Shown here: piece after piece, positions 47,154 through 55,775 of the stretch
Layout: every line of letters begins with the position of its first letter
How positions within the stretch are numbered: the stretch's first letter is position 1
Assembly (NCBI GenBank): GCA_030830205.1
Contig: JAURNL010000041.1
Location: 6,635 to 70,634 of the forward strand
DNA: 64,000 nt
Direction: 5' to 3'
DNA from: Crocinitomicaceae bacterium
GTDB lineage: Bacteria; Bacteroidota; Bacteroidia; Flavobacteriales_D; Crocinitomicaceae
Made by a program: the position numbers and the translations under genes
The notes under the pieces: generated by a model
Told to the model about the DNA's origin: nothing
Database searches by the model: none
Seen by the model: the letters and a program-made list of their open reading frames with translations, nothing else

Positions 47154-48254
47154 ATGTTTTCAATCAAAAGCACCTTGTTTGTCGTTTTGTGTGGACTTTC
47201 CCAAGTTCATGCGCAAGATTTCAATCCTAAATATGCCAATGAATTTCTCAATATGGGCGTTGGTGCTGCTGCACTCGGAATGGGTTCAGCTGTTGTAGCT
47301 GATGTCGATGGCCTACATGCTGGCGTTTGGAATCCTGCGGGTTTACTTCATCAAAATCGCGAAACTGAGATCGGACTAATGCACGCTTCCTATTTCGGTG
47401 GTTTAGCTGCCTTTGACCATATGGGTATTTCGCGTCGAATTCATGCACAAACCGTTCTTGGGTTGAATGCCATACGTTTTGGAGTAGATAACATTTACAA
47501 TACCACACAGCTGATCGATAATCAAGGGAATATCGATTACAGTCAATTGCAATCTTTTAATAGCGCAGATTATGCGCTGATAGGCTCTGTAGGTAAACCT
47601 ACTAGGGTGCAAAATCTGAATATTGGCCTGAGTGCAAAAGTGATATACCGTCACATTGGCAATTTTGCCAAAGCTTTTGGATTTGGATTTGATGTCGGTT
47701 TACAATACCGTTCTTCTAAGTATTGGGCTGTAGGTTTGAATCTACGCGATGCTACAAGCACTTTTAGCGCTTGGAGCTATAACTTAAGTCCCGAAATGCA
47801 GGCAACTTTTCTTGAAACCAACAACAAGCTTCCTCAAAATGGTATCGAGCAAATGTTACCTAGGATGGTTTTAGGGATTTCTGGGAAGTTACCATTGAAG
47901 AATGATAAATATGAGATGGGCGGGCAAATAAACGCAGAAATTACAACTGATGGTCAGCGCAATACGCTTCTTTCGGGTAATGTATTTGCGCTTGATCCTA
48001 GGGCTGGTTTGTATTTGAATTATGAAAACAAACTCTTTCTGCGAACTGGTGTTTCACAGTTTCAATATTTCCTTGATTTTGATGAAAATAAAAAGTTGAG
48101 CTTACAACCACATTTAGGAGCAGGGGTGAAACTACAAAGTTGGACTATTGACTATGCGTTTACTCGCTTAGGACTTGGTGGAGAAGGTTATTTTACGCAT
48201 TTATTTTCGCTTAAATGGTCATTTGGCGCCCCATTTTCAACAGTCATTAATTAG
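47154..48254 (+). CDS. PorV/PorQ-family-like outer-membrane beta-barrel protein
   Basis: Signal peptide MFSIKSTLFVVLCGLSQVHAQ. The N-terminal FLNMGVGAAALGMGSAVVADVDGLHAGVWNPAGL resembles the conserved opening motif of PorV/PorQ-type barrels. The family call is tentative. Confidence 0.5.
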   Translation: MFSIKSTLFVVLCGLSQVHAQDFNPKYANEFLNMGVGAAALGMGSAVVADVDGLHAGVWNPAGLLHQNRETEIGLMHASYFGGLAAFDHMGISRRIHAQTVLGLNAIRFGVDNIYNTTQLIDNQGNIDYSQLQSFNSADYALIGSVGKPTRVQNLNIGLSAKVIYRHIGNFAKAFGFGFDVGLQYRSSKYWAVGLNLRDATSTFSAWSYNLSPEMQATFLETNNKLPQNGIEQMLPRMVLGISGKLPLKNDKYEMGGQINAEITTDGQRNTLLSGNVFALDPRAGLYLNYENKLFLRTGVSQFQYFLDFDENKKLSLQPHLGAGVKLQSWTIDYAFTRLGLGGEGYFTHLFSLKWSFGAPFSTVIN

Positions 48255-49471
48255 AAGAACTTACAACTAAAGATAGCTGTATCATCAACATATGGAAGGT
48301 TGCCTTTCCAGTCCTCAAGTTTCGAGAAAATAATGTCATTCATGTCTTCCATTTTGAGCGCTGAGAAAGAACCTACTTGTTTAACCAATTGCTCAATCCC
48401 AAATTGCTTTCCTTTTTCATTCTCGAGTTCCACAACTCCGTCTGTAAATAACACCATCGTAGATTTAGCCTGCATTTGCATTTTACCGACTTGTACAAAC
48501 GGGAGTTCATCGAGCATTCCCAAGCCAATGCATCCTTCTGTTAGATAAGTAGTCTTTTTTCCGCTCAGAATGAAAGGTTGGTTGTGACCTGCATTGACAT
48601 ATTGTAGTTGGCGCGTGTAGGCGTTGTAGTGGGCAATGAAAAAGGTAATGAATTTTTCACCTTTTGCATTTTTCATAACGAGTTTATTAAGCTCCTCCAT
48701 TAAAAAGGTCAACTCGAAACGTTGGTACTTGAAAAGTGTGCGGATAGTTGCCTGGAAGTTGGCCATCAGCAGTGCAGCAGTAATCCCTTTTCCACTTACA
48801 TCTCCAATACAGATAATATATTCCTCATCACCCAACGGAATAAAATCGTAGAAATCTCCTCCAACTGCATGCCTTGGAATATAGCGGCCAGATATGTCCA
48901 TTTTTTTATTTGACGGCAATTCTTGTGGGAAGAGTAACTTTTGCATTTCAGAAGCCAATTCTAGCTCTTTCGAAATCTGTTCTTTGATTTCATTCTGTGC
49001 ACTCAGTTTTCGATTTTCTAACGCCACTGTTAAAATATTGGTCAACGTTTGAGCAAAAGAGAAATGAGCAGGTTCTAAAGACTCCATTTTACTCGGAGTA
49101 GCCAAGAGCAAATAAGCTAATGTACGATCATGATGAGATATAGGAATGACCGCTTGGAAATCTTCTAAGAGTGAACTATTTGATGATTCTACAAGTGTAA
49201 TCTCCTTAAATCTAACTAATTCCAATGCTAGTTCCTCAGGTCCAATTTTACGCTTGTAGCCACTTTTTGCTGCTAATGTCCACGTCTCTTGATGATGCAA
49301 GAGCGCAAACCGGCTGAAATGCAATTGTTCTTTGAGAATAAAGGTAAAAATACGGTAGAGCTGTTCGACAGCCATATTCGCATTGATGGCATTTGTTAAC
49401 TCTAAAATAGAGTGTAAACGGTTGTCCTTAAGTTCTAGGTATGACAAAGCAGGATCTGAAGCAGGACTCAT
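48251..49471 (-). CDS. GAF-domain PP2C-type (SpoIIE/RsbU-like) serine phosphatase
   Basis: [27 protein letters not shown] and LFTDGVVE motifs. The N-terminal ~170 aa are GAF-like. Confidence 0.85.
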   Translation of the reverse strand: MSPASDPALSYLELKDNRLHSILELTNAINANMAVEQLYRIFTFILKEQLHFSRFALLHHQETWTLAAKSGYKRKIGPEELALELVRFKEITLVESSNSSLLEDFQAVIPISHHDRTLAYLLLATPSKMESLEPAHFSFAQTLTNILTVALENRKLSAQNEIKEQISKELELASEMQKLLFPQELPSNKKMDISGRYIPRHAVGGDFYDFIPLGDEEYIICIGDVSGKGITAALLMANFQATIRTLFKYQRFELTFLMEELNKLVMKNAKGEKFITFFIAHYNAYTRQLQYVNAGHNQPFILSGKKTTYLTEGCIGLGMLDELPFVQVGKMQMQAKSTMVLFTDGVVELENEKGKQFGIEQLVKQVGSFSALKMEDMNDIIFSKLEDWKGNLPYVDDTAIFSCKFF

Positions 49472-49525
49472 AAATGCGGTAAATTCCTTACGAAATTACA
49501 TTTTTTTCGTTTCGGGGCGGATTTT

Positions 49526-49556
49526 CTTGTTTTTCAAGAAGAAATACATATCTTTG
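49526..49556 (+). promoter_or_regulatory. putative promoter cTTG(49526-49529)-N19-TATCTTTG(49549-49556) for rpmE
   Basis: Exact -7 box, identical to the one upstream of rplM. It lies 26 nt before the ATG. Confidence 0.4.
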
Positions 49557-49582
49557 CATTCCATTTTCGAAAAGTAATACTC

Positions 49583-49837
49583 ATGAAAAAAGATATCCAC
49601 CCTTCTGATTACCGTTTAGTCGTATTTAAAGACATGTCTAACGACTATACTTTCATCTGTCCTTCTTGCGCAGAAACCAAAGAAACAATCTCTTGGGAAG
49701 ACGGCAACGAATACCCACTAGTGAAGTTGGATATCTCTCACAAATCTCACCCGTTCTTCACTGGTATTGCACAATTCGTTGATACTGCGGGTCGAATCGA
49801 CAAGTTCAAAAACCGTTACGGTCGTCACATGAAATAA
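49583..49837 (+). CDS. rpmE: 50S ribosomal protein L31, type B
   Basis: [17 protein letters not shown] ... [10 protein letters not shown] ... [11 protein letters not shown]. Type B length and architecture. Confidence 0.93.
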   Translation: MKKDIHPSDYRLVVFKDMSNDYTFICPSCAETKETISWEDGNEYPLVKLDISHKSHPFFTGIAQFVDTAGRIDKFKNRYGRHMK

Positions 49838-49880
49838 TGGAGTTTGCAATTAAGTTTGCTCCACTAACATAACATATTGA

Positions 49881-49900
49881 AAGGCTCCAAAAGGAGCCTT
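49881..49900 (+). terminator. rho-independent terminator after rpmE
   Basis: Stems aaggctcc and ggagcctt with loop aaaa, followed by a T-run. Confidence 0.7.
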
Positions 49901-49952
49901 TTTTTATGCACTTTTTTAAAAAAAAAGAATTGAGGTTCCAGCGCTGACTATC

Positions 49953-50903
49953 TTAGGAAAATTTTGCAGCTGCACGTGCCAAACGATCATTCATGGCAAG
50001 TCCTAAACCTTGGTTTAAGAAAGGTTCTATATAGATTTTATTCATGCCAAGTGCATCTGCAGAATGAAGAATTGCATAGAGATTGCGTGCTGCCTCTTCT
50101 AACTGATTATTTTCACTTAATATGAGATGTGGGTCAGCGATAAACTCGTGTTTACCAATAGTTATTTGCACTGATGATATGGATTCTTCGTCTGGTTTAA
50201 ACCCCAGATATAAAGGAGTTTGAGTGGCATAATGATGCTTGACCATACCGCTTGTGAGTACCGTGCCCTCGGCATGAACTTTAGCTTTTGGAAGGTATCC
50301 AGTTACTTCAGCTAATGCTTCGGGTGTAATGCTACCATAACGATAGACTACAATTTTGTTTTCATCGAGCCCGATGATGGTAGATTCTAATCCTTCGCTA
50401 CAGTTTCCACCATCTAAAATATAAGGGATGCGATCCTTAAGTTGGGAATGGACATGCATTGCATTTGTAGGACTCAATTGTCCATATAAGTTTGCACTTG
50501 GAGCAGCAAGTGGACGGCCTAGTTCTTTTAATAATTGTTGAAGAATGGGGTGCTTCGGAAAACGAATAGCAACTGTATTTTGCCCACCAGTAATGAGGTC
50601 GCTTACCAAGGTACTTTTGGGGACAACAAACGTAAGTGGTCCAGGGCAAAATTGTGTATGGAGTTTCTCAAAAATACTTGGGAAATTAGTTATGTAGGGT
50701 AGAGCAGTAGCTAAAGAATCAAAATGTAAAATCAATGGATTGGTAGTGGGGCGATTTTTTGCCTTGAAAATTTCACACACCGCATCTTCATTATTTGCAT
50801 CTGCCGCAAGACCGTATACCGTCTCGGTCGGAATGCTAACAATTTGACCGTTGAGAATGAGTTCTCGTGCATGCTGCAAGTCTGTACCAATTTCCGTAAT
50901 CAT
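49953..50903 (-). CDS. tsaC: L-threonylcarbamoyladenylate synthase (YrdC + Sua5 domains)
   Basis: PTETVYGLAADA, NRPTTNPLILH and SANLYGQLSPT motifs. At 316 aa it includes the Sua5 C-terminal domain. Confidence 0.9.
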   Translation of the reverse strand: MITEIGTDLQHARELILNGQIVSIPTETVYGLAADANNEDAVCEIFKAKNRPTTNPLILHFDSLATALPYITNFPSIFEKLHTQFCPGPLTFVVPKSTLVSDLITGGQNTVAIRFPKHPILQQLLKELGRPLAAPSANLYGQLSPTNAMHVHSQLKDRIPYILDGGNCSEGLESTIIGLDENKIVVYRYGSITPEALAEVTGYLPKAKVHAEGTVLTSGMVKHHYATQTPLYLGFKPDEESISSVQITIGKHEFIADPHLILSENNQLEEAARNLYAILHSADALGMNKIYIEPFLNQGLGLAMNDRLARAAAKFS

Positions 50904-50907
50904 AGGA

Positions 50908-50915
50908 CAAAGTTA
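50908..50915 (-). promoter_or_regulatory. putative -7 box TAACTTTG (minus strand), 4 nt before the tsaC ATG
   Basis: The plus strand reads caaagtta at 50908-50915. The ATG occupies 50901-50903. Confidence 0.45.
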
Positions 50916-51039
50916 GGTGCTTATTTTCAAATTTGTCATTTACAGAAGCTCGGTCTCATTTTTTCTGAAAAAAAGTGTTGAATCAGGTAGTTAAAATTGA
51001 AATTTGCTTGTAACTTTGTCTAGAATAATTCTAAATAAG

Positions 51040-51717
51040 ATGCAAGTCATCATAGCAGATAGCAACGAACTCATTCTTTTAGGCTTAAGAACCATTCTTA
51101 ATGCTCAATCTGGGGTGCAAATAGTTGGTGAAGCTAAAAACCAACATGAGCTCATGGCTCAGCTTCAAAATTTTGGAGCCGATGTGGTACTCATTGATTT
51201 TACTGCGCCTGGTTTTGATATCGATATTATTCGAAAAGCAAGAGCTAAATATACAGATCTTCGATTTGTTGCTGTCACCGAAGCGCAGCATGCACCGATC
51301 TTGATTGATGCGCTCAAATCAGGGGTCACTAGCTATGTAAAAAAGGACTGTGAACTTGCCGAGATCATTGATGCCGTTAAAGAAACAGCGCAAGGAAAGC
51401 AATTCTTTTGTGGGCAAATCCTCGAAACGATTCAAAGATCCAATATTGATTTAAGCGAACTAAATACCGAAGACTTTAATTGTGGTCCAGTCGTATTGTC
51501 AGAACGTGAAAATGAGATCATTGTTTTGATTGCAGAAGGACAAACAAATGAACAAATTGCTGAATTATTATTTTTAAGTAAGCATACTGTCAACACCCAT
51601 CGGAAAAATATAATGGCAAAATTAGGTGTGAAAAATACAGCTGGAATTGTCATGTACGCAGTAAAAACTGCATTGGTTTCTCCTAATCGATTTTTATTTT
51701 CGCCAGTTCTTAACTGA
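51040..51717 (+). CDS. NarL/FixJ (LuxR-type HTH) response regulator
   Basis: Receiver domain MQVIIADSNELIL ... DVVLIDFTAPG ... SYVKKD. HTH region LSERENEIIVLIAEGQTNEQIAELLFLSKHTVNTHRKNIMAKLG. No kinase gene is adjacent. Confidence 0.88.
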   Translation: MQVIIADSNELILLGLRTILNAQSGVQIVGEAKNQHELMAQLQNFGADVVLIDFTAPGFDIDIIRKARAKYTDLRFVAVTEAQHAPILIDALKSGVTSYVKKDCELAEIIDAVKETAQGKQFFCGQILETIQRSNIDLSELNTEDFNCGPVVLSERENEIIVLIAEGQTNEQIAELLFLSKHTVNTHRKNIMAKLGVKNTAGIVMYAVKTALVSPNRFLFSPVLN

Positions 51718-54369
51718 CTAAAAGGCCATACTAAATTTAAGATTGAAAAGTCTTTGAGTGAGATAGTTAGGCACTGAATAAAACTTCCCTTGTACGTCTT
51801 GTATCCATTGTTTTGATAGGACATTATTCACCCCTAAGACATTGAATATTTCTAAAGATATGAGTGCTTGATCGAGTGTTTGCCATGCCTTTTTGCCTGG
51901 CTTTTTTTCAGCCTGATGATGCAATAAGTCGTAAGAAAGCCCGAGATCAACACGGAAATATGAGCGCATTCTCAAGGTATCTTTATAGCGTACAAAATCC
52001 GGAGGGCCATAAGGCAAACGCGAACCATATTGAAGTCCCATCTGAACTTTGAAGGCTTCATAGCCAGGCATTTGATCCTGGACTAATGCACCAAAGGTCA
52101 GCCATTGATCAGTAGGCCGAGGAATAAAACCTGGTATGACGACAACTGAATCTACCACTTCTTGGTCCTGGCTGTACCCAAAAATGATACGCTCTCCTGC
52201 TGCGTTGTAATAGTTTGTGTATTGGTCACCTATGATATCTTCTTTTGTAGACAATAATCCAAGTTTGAAAAAAGATTGAATTCCTTCAACAAACTCGCCG
52301 TGCACATTGATATCAAGGCCATATGCGTAACCTACAGCATTGTTGTTTGCATAGTAGCGTGTACGAACGTTTTCAATTTCATAAGGATTGATATCCCATA
52401 GATATTTATAGTAGAGTTCGGTATTCAGTTTGAAAGGTGTTTGTCTTCCCCACATCTGAAATAAAAACTCTGACCCAGCAACTAAGTGCAAAGATTTTTG
52501 TGCCTGAACACCAAGTGCAAGTTGGCCGTCGAAGGTTCTAAATTCACGATAAAATGGTGGCTGATAATATAGACCTGATGAAAATTTGAAAAGTAAACCT
52601 CTTCTGACGGCTTGCCCATTTTGCCACATGTATGCGGCAGGAGCATATGAAATGCTTAAACGCGGTGTGAAAAATGGCTCTTTATTAATACTTGTATAGC
52701 CACCTCTTAATCCAATTTGAAAATTGACTTTTCGGGAAGAAATATCAAGGGTATCATAGACTTGAATTTTTTCTCCATTTTCATTTTTATAAGGGGCCTT
52801 TAGTGCAATAATTTTAGACCGACTTACCTTTACCCATGAATTAGAAAATTGAAGATAGCTTGTTGCTCGATACCCATCAAGACTAAGTTTCCCTTTGATC
52901 GTTTCAAACAATACTATTGAATCAGGTTGGGTTTGTGGGAGGCTATAGCCCGAAGAGTCTATGAGTCGCCACTCGCTTAGTTGGTCCTCGAAGTGATCTG
53001 ATTGTAAGTTGAGCCCCCAAGATAGTTCATAGAAGCGTTTTTTTGTTTTGTTTTGGTCAATGAAATTGTCAAGGAAGACAAAACTACCATTGTGGTAGGC
53101 ATTTAAAATTTGAGCTTGTAGTCGATTGCGTCCATGATTGAGAAAACCACCGACACCTAGCGTAGCGATTGAGTCCCCGAAAGCTTCTTTAGAGGGATCT
53201 GTCTCGAGTTCATTAATAAAATACTGTCCAAGGATATCAAAATACTCACGTTCATCTGAACTAAAGGCACTTAAGTAAAAATCAAGTTTGGTATTGTTTT
53301 TGGCATATTTCAAGGAAGTGCCGCCCATAAGGGTTTGGAAATTTGAGTTTTCTTGACCCTCAAAATAGATCATCAAACGGTAAGCTTCGTTTGCTGTTCC
53401 AAAGTCAGATTGCGCTGTTTGGGGTGCAAAACGGTATGCATTTGTGGAGAAATGTCCTAAAAAGCTCCAAGTCCAATATTCATTCAGTTGATAGTTGCTC
53501 AGGATTTGAGCATCCGCAAACACAGGGTTGTAGGCTCCTTTTGTAGGAAGAGTGTTTAGAAAATAACCGTTGGATCGATAGCGTGCGCCTACTAAAAAAT
53601 TAAAACGTGCATTGACAGCTTCTTCTATATGGGCCTCAATTCCCAAAAGAGAGGCCATAGCGGAGGCGTGAAAGTCATTTGGGGATTTGTAGGTGATGTC
53701 TAGAACAGAACTCAATCTATCGCCATAATTCGAAGAAAACCCACCTGCGCTAAAGCGAACATCTTCAACCAATGAAGAGTGAATAAAACTCATGCCCTCT
53801 TGTTGACCACTACGAGTTAAGAATGGACGGTAGACCTGAAAACCATTGACATAAACCAGATTTTCATCGTAATTACCTCCTCTTACGTTGTAATTCGATG
53901 TGAGTTCGTTATTGGAGGTGGCTGCGGTTGTTAGGGTTAAGGTTTTTTCAAGACCTACAATACCCTTTAAATTCAATTGGGGAAGTTTCTCGATTTCAAA
54001 TGGGTTTTGACCATCTTGACGAACCACAACACCTTTGTTTTCCTGAATGGTAAAATTTTGATCAGGAAGTTCTTGTACCGTATTTGTGCTGTTGAGCTGT
54101 GTTTTCAATGTAAGTGTTACATCCCCGTATTGGTAAATGATCTCAATGTTATCACCCAAAGATAAAGGTGTAAAGGAATAATACCCGTTCTTATCAGTGG
54201 TAGTCATCATGGAATTCAAAACAGCCCCTTCAGCAATGAAATGGAGTTGTACATTAGCTCCGGTTGCTGGTTTTTTTCCTTTGAGGTAACAATGCCCGAA
54301 TACAGCTATTTCTTGTGCCCAAAAGAGCAACGGAAAATGGACTATGATCAGAAGTAAAAGTTGCTTCAT
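51718..54369 (-). CDS. TonB-dependent receptor with an N-terminal carboxypeptidase-regulatory-like domain
   Basis: Signal peptide MKQLLLLIIVHFPLLFWAQ and a CarboxypepD_reg-like segment (KPATGANVQLHF...DKNGYYSF). The plug motif NVRGGNYDENLVYVNGFQVYRP ... AGGFSSNYGDRLSSVLDITYK is present, and the terminal residue is Phe (…KFSMAF). Confidence 0.8.
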   Translation of the reverse strand: MKQLLLLIIVHFPLLFWAQEIAVFGHCYLKGKKPATGANVQLHFIAEGAVLNSMMTTTDKNGYYSFTPLSLGDNIEIIYQYGDVTLTLKTQLNSTNTVQELPDQNFTIQENKGVVVRQDGQNPFEIEKLPQLNLKGIVGLEKTLTLTTAATSNNELTSNYNVRGGNYDENLVYVNGFQVYRPFLTRSGQQEGMSFIHSSLVEDVRFSAGGFSSNYGDRLSSVLDITYKSPNDFHASAMASLLGIEAHIEEAVNARFNFLVGARYRSNGYFLNTLPTKGAYNPVFADAQILSNYQLNEYWTWSFLGHFSTNAYRFAPQTAQSDFGTANEAYRLMIYFEGQENSNFQTLMGGTSLKYAKNNTKLDFYLSAFSSDEREYFDILGQYFINELETDPSKEAFGDSIATLGVGGFLNHGRNRLQAQILNAYHNGSFVFLDNFIDQNKTKKRFYELSWGLNLQSDHFEDQLSEWRLIDSSGYSLPQTQPDSIVLFETIKGKLSLDGYRATSYLQFSNSWVKVSRSKIIALKAPYKNENGEKIQVYDTLDISSRKVNFQIGLRGGYTSINKEPFFTPRLSISYAPAAYMWQNGQAVRRGLLFKFSSGLYYQPPFYREFRTFDGQLALGVQAQKSLHLVAGSEFLFQMWGRQTPFKLNTELYYKYLWDINPYEIENVRTRYYANNNAVGYAYGLDINVHGEFVEGIQSFFKLGLLSTKEDIIGDQYTNYYNAAGERIIFGYSQDQEVVDSVVVIPGFIPRPTDQWLTFGALVQDQMPGYEAFKVQMGLQYGSRLPYGPPDFVRYKDTLRMRSYFRVDLGLSYDLLHHQAEKKPGKKAWQTLDQALISLEIFNVLGVNNVLSKQWIQDVQGKFYSVPNYLTQRLFNLKFSMAF

Positions 54370-54374
54370 TGTTG

Positions 54375-54382
54375 CAAAGTTA
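54375..54382 (-). promoter_or_regulatory. putative -7 box TAACTTTG (minus strand), 5 nt before the receptor ATG
   Basis: The plus strand reads caaagtta at 54375-54382. The ATG occupies 54367-54369. Confidence 0.45.
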
Positions 54383-54450
54383 CAACCCTTAACGTCCAAT
54401 TTTACGCTTTATTTGGTTTTGGCGTATTTTCATGTGTTATTAGTTTGAAC

Positions 54451-54458
54451 TACATTTG
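54451..54458 (+). promoter_or_regulatory. putative -7 box TACATTTG, 4 nt before the ATG of the DUF785-rimK operon
   Basis: Exact TAnnTTTG match. The ATG is at 54463. Confidence 0.45.
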
Positions 54459-54462
54459 TTTT

Positions 54463-54900
54463 ATGTTGCCTAAAGAACAAATTTTAATAGGTCGAAGAGA
54501 ACTTGCTTGGTTGCCTGATTTTGGTTTGGCTGAGGTGAAGGCAAAGGTAGATTCTGGAGCCTATACTTCTAGCATACATGTAAGTTCTTGCTATGTTGAG
54601 GACAAGCTGCTCAAGGTAGTTTTTCTCGATGATAAACACGCAGCTTATACTGGTAAAGAAATGACTTTTTCTAAGTTCAGGACCAAAAATGTCAAAAGCA
54701 GTACCGGGCAAGTACAAGAAAGATTTTTTGTTCTTGGCTCAATAGAAATAGCAGGATTGAAGTTTCAGACTGAATTTTCTCTCACAAAGCGACAAGGAAT
54801 GCGTTATCCAATATTACTGGGCAGAAAAGTACTCAACAAGCGCTTTGTGATAGACACGAGCAAAAAATACATCCATATAAACACCAAAAATCAGCTATGA
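54463..54900 (+). CDS. retropepsin-like protease-fold protein (DUF785, often annotated 'ATP-dependent zinc protease'; RimK-associated)
   Basis: 145 aa from [34 protein letters not shown] contains a D-S-G-A aspartic-protease-type signature. The track start at 54361 overlaps the divergent gene and is rejected. Confidence 0.75.
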   Translation: MLPKEQILIGRRELAWLPDFGLAEVKAKVDSGAYTSSIHVSSCYVEDKLLKVVFLDDKHAAYTGKEMTFSKFRTKNVKSSTGQVQERFFVLGSIEIAGLKFQTEFSLTKRQGMRYPILLGRKVLNKRFVIDTSKKYIHINTKNQL

Positions 54901-55775
54901 AAATTGCCATTCTCTCCCGCAATCCACATTTATATTCTACCCGTAGGCTAGTTGAAGCAGCTGAAGCAGCCGGCCACGAGGCGCATGTAATAGATCACTT
55001 AAAGTGCAATATTGAAATCGAACAAACCGGACCTGCACTCTACTATCAGAATCAATATCTGACAGGATTTGATGCAGTAATTCCGCGAATTGGTGCTTCT
55101 GTTACGTTTTATGGAACTGCTGTTGTAAGACAGTTTGAAATGATGAACGTTTTTACCGCAGTGGGTTCTAGAGGGATTATTCATTCTCGAGATAAACTTC
55201 GTTGTCTACAAGTTTTGTCTAAAGAGGGGATAGGATTACCCAAAACGGTATTTACCAATTATTCTAAAGATGTGAAGCATGTGGTAAAGAGCGCAGGTGG
55301 GGCACCCGTAGTTTTAAAGTTACTAGAAGGTACGCAAGGTTTAGGTGTAGTTTTGGCAGAAAATTTGAATGCGGCACAATCTGTACTCGAAGCTTTCAAC
55401 GGACTCAAAGCAAGAGTTATTGTTCAAGAATTTATACGTGAAGCAAAAGGTGCAGATATCCGTGCATTTGTTGTTGATGGTGAGGTTGTAGGCGCTATGA
55501 AACGCCAAGGTCTTCCCGGAGAATTTCGTTCGAATTTACACCGAGGTGGTAGCTCAGAAGTAATAGAGTTGACTACAGAAGAAAAATACACTGCCATATT
55601 AGCTGCAAAAGCTGTAGGGTTAGGAATTGCAGGTGTAGATTTGCTTCAATCTGAGCGGGGCCCTTTAGTTTTAGAAGTCAATTCTTCACCAGGACTCGAA
55701 GGGATAGAAAATACAACCCAGACTGATATCGCTGGTAAAATAATTACCTATATTGAAAAGAATGTCCGGCGTTAA
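54897..55775 (+). CDS. rimK: RimK-type ATP-grasp alpha-L-glutamate ligase (ribosomal protein S6 modification enzyme family)
   Basis: [37 protein letters not shown] and [31 protein letters not shown] overlap with the upstream gene. Confidence 0.9.
   Translation: MKIAILSRNPHLYSTRRLVEAAEAAGHEAHVIDHLKCNIEIEQTGPALYYQNQYLTGFDAVIPRIGASVTFYGTAVVRQFEMMNVFTAVGSRGIIHSRDKLRCLQVLSKEGIGLPKTVFTNYSKDVKHVVKSAGGAPVVLKLLEGTQGLGVVLAENLNAAQSVLEAFNGLKARVIVQEFIREAKGADIRAFVVDGEVVGAMKRQGLPGEFRSNLHRGGSSEVIELTTEEKYTAILAAKAVGLGIAGVDLLQSERGPLVLEVNSSPGLEGIENTTQTDIAGKIITYIEKNVRR

Noticed and set aside
49583-49837. A possible zinc site (CPSC) in the type B L31, hinting at a hybrid between types A and B
   Set aside because: Only one CxxC pair is present. 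The second pair position reads SHKSH and does not align with the type A Cys residues, so two Cys alone do not support a zinc ribbon. The protein otherwise has standard type B architecture.
51432-51824. A 130-aa minus-strand ORF spanning the junction between the regulator and the receptor
   Set aside because: It is antisense to the well-supported HTH region of the regulator and out of frame with the receptor. It has no motif or start context.
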